A stretch of 55,153 bases of DNA, taken from contig JAKFXT010000019.1 of assembly GCA_021731245.1 (NCBI GenBank), positions 1-55,153 of the forward strand, in the 5' to 3' direction. Position numbers and translations under genes: made by a program. Shown here piece by piece: positions 53,870 through 55,153 of this stretch (position 1 is its first letter; each line of letters starts with the position of its first letter). This stretch comes from Patescibacteria group bacterium. Lineage in GTDB: Bacteria > Patescibacteriota > Minisyncoccia > Phycocordibacterales > JAKFXT01. The notes below the pieces were generated by a model. That model had not been told where the DNA came from. It saw nothing but the letters and a program-made list of their open reading frames with translations, and searched no databases.

Positions 53870-55153
53870 ATGAATCGCGACTACCCACTAGAAAAAGTTA
53901 GAAATTTCGGAATTATAGCTCACATTGATGCTGGGAAGACCACAACTTCCGAGCGTATTCTGTATTACACAGGAATGACTCACAAGATTGGTGAAGTGCA
54001 CGAAGGTGAAACTGTAACCGACTGGATGGAACAAGAGCGTGAACGTGGAATTACTATTACTGCCGCTGCCATTACTTGTTTCTGGAATAAAACAGATGAT
54101 CCAGAAAAGAAGGACATGTTTCGTTTCAATATTATTGATACCCCAGGTCACATTGATTTTACAGTGGAGGTAAAACGCTCACTTCGTGTTTTGGATGGAG
54201 CTGTTGTGGTGTTTGATGGAGTTGCAGGCGTTGAGCCACAATCAGAAACAAATTGGCGCTATGCTGACGAGGCTTCTGTGCCACGTATTTGTTTTATAAA
54301 TAAATTAGACAGAACGGGTGCCTCTTTTGAAAAATCATACGCGTCCATCCTTGATAGATTGAACAAAAATGCAATTAGAATGCAGATTCCAATTGGTTTG
54401 GAAGATAAGCATGAAGGAGTAATAGATCTTTTGAAAATGAAGAGCTATCACTTTGAAGGAGAAATGGGAATGAAAATTGTAGAAGGAGAAATCCCAGCCG
54501 AACTCATGGAAGAAGCTAAGAAATATCGTCATGAGCTTGTAGAAAAGATTGTTGAGAACGATGACGTTGCAATGAATGAATATTTGGAAGGAAAAGAAAT
54601 TTCAATTGAGAGACTGAAAGCCCTTTTGCGTAAAGCGGTTATTGGAAACAAGATTTTCCCAGTTTATACAGGCTCTGCTTTGAAAAATAAAGGTGTGCAA
54701 TTGGTGCTTGATGCTGTTTCCGATTATCTTCCTAGTCCACTTGATCTACCCCCTGTTAAAGGAAAAAATCCTGATACAGGAGAAGAAATATTTCGCAGTG
54801 CAAGTGATGCGGACCCGTTCTGCGCTCTCGCTTTCAAACTTCAAGCTGATCCATTCGTAGGACAACTTACATTCTTCCGAGTTTATTCTGGAACAATTGA
54901 AGCCGGTTCATATATTTATAATTCAACAACAGGAGAAAAAGAGCGCTTGGGACGTATTGTGCGTTTGCAAGCGAATGAAAGAGAAGAAGTGAAAAAAGTT
55001 TTTGCTGGAGAAATCGCAGCAGCTGTAGGACTAAAAAGCGCTCGCACCTCACACACCTTTTCTGATGAAAATAATCCTATAGTACTTGAAGAAATCAAAT
55101 TCCCAGAACCAGTTATATCTTTGCGCATTGAACCAAAGACAAAAGCTGACCAA
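53870..55153 (+). CDS. fusA: elongation factor G (partial, runs off the window)
   Basis: ATG at 53870 reads [43 protein letters not shown] and NKLDR; follows rpsL-rpsG. Confidence 0.97.
   Translation, partial: MNRDYPLEKVRNFGIIAHIDAGKTTTSERILYYTGMTHKIGEVHEGETVTDWMEQERERGITITAAAITCFWNKTDDPEKKDMFRFNIIDTPGHIDFTVEVKRSLRVLDGAVVVFDGVAGVEPQSETNWRYADEASVPRICFINKLDRTGASFEKSYASILDRLNKNAIRMQIPIGLEDKHEGVIDLLKMKSYHFEGEMGMKIVEGEIPAELMEEAKKYRHELVEKIVENDDVAMNEYLEGKEISIERLKALLRKAVIGNKIFPVYTGSALKNKGVQLVLDAVSDYLPSPLDLPPVKGKNPDTGEEIFRSASDADPFCALAFKLQADPFVGQLTFFRVYSGTIEAGSYIYNSTTGEKERLGRIVRLQANEREEVKKVFAGEIAAAVGLKSARTSHTFSDENNPIVLEEIKFPEPVISLRIEPKTKADQ

Noticed and set aside
1-55153. CRISPR array, rRNA, IS transposase or alternative genetic code
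   Set aside because: No regularly spaced repeats, rRNA-like tract or transposase motifs; core genes are full length under code 11, with TGA used as stop (e.g. xer)

Overview
Chromosomal window from an AT-rich, small-genome bacterium. Gene content and style suggest Patescibacteria/CPR, probably Parcubacteria (inference): core genes mostly lack a Shine-Dalgarno (SD) site, many look leaderless, trigger factor lacks its PPIase domain, and there is a type IV pilus/competence set. Most of the window is housekeeping: rsmA, uvrD/pcrA, comM, pnp, rpsO, xer, xth, cca, hup, rny, clpP, tig, ppa, nusA, pilB/pilC/minor pilins, tpiA, pgk, recJ, rnhA, comEC, sod, rpmB and rpsL-rpsG-fusA (fusA partial). The most unusual region is 14.9-22.9 kb. 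It has four intact tRNA genes (Arg-TCG, Gly-GCC, Pro-TGG, Gly-TCC), each abutted by a nuclease-fold ORF: three paralogous HTH + LAGLIDADG-like proteins and one HNH protein. Two of these ORFs use tRNA nucleotides U8-A9-G10 as their stop codon. The same region holds a cyclodipeptide synthase directly behind tRNA-Pro, a parS/DnaA-box cluster, an anti-tRNA structured element, and a ~400-nt structured ncRNA candidate with an operator-covered promoter. Elsewhere are a synonymously recoded, interrupted duplicate of the rnhA 5' end, a Zur/CooC-like/YibE-F metal cluster with a perfect operator palindrome, and scattered SD-led orphan genes. No rRNA, CRISPR array, transposase or prophage was seen. All calls were made by eye, without database searches.
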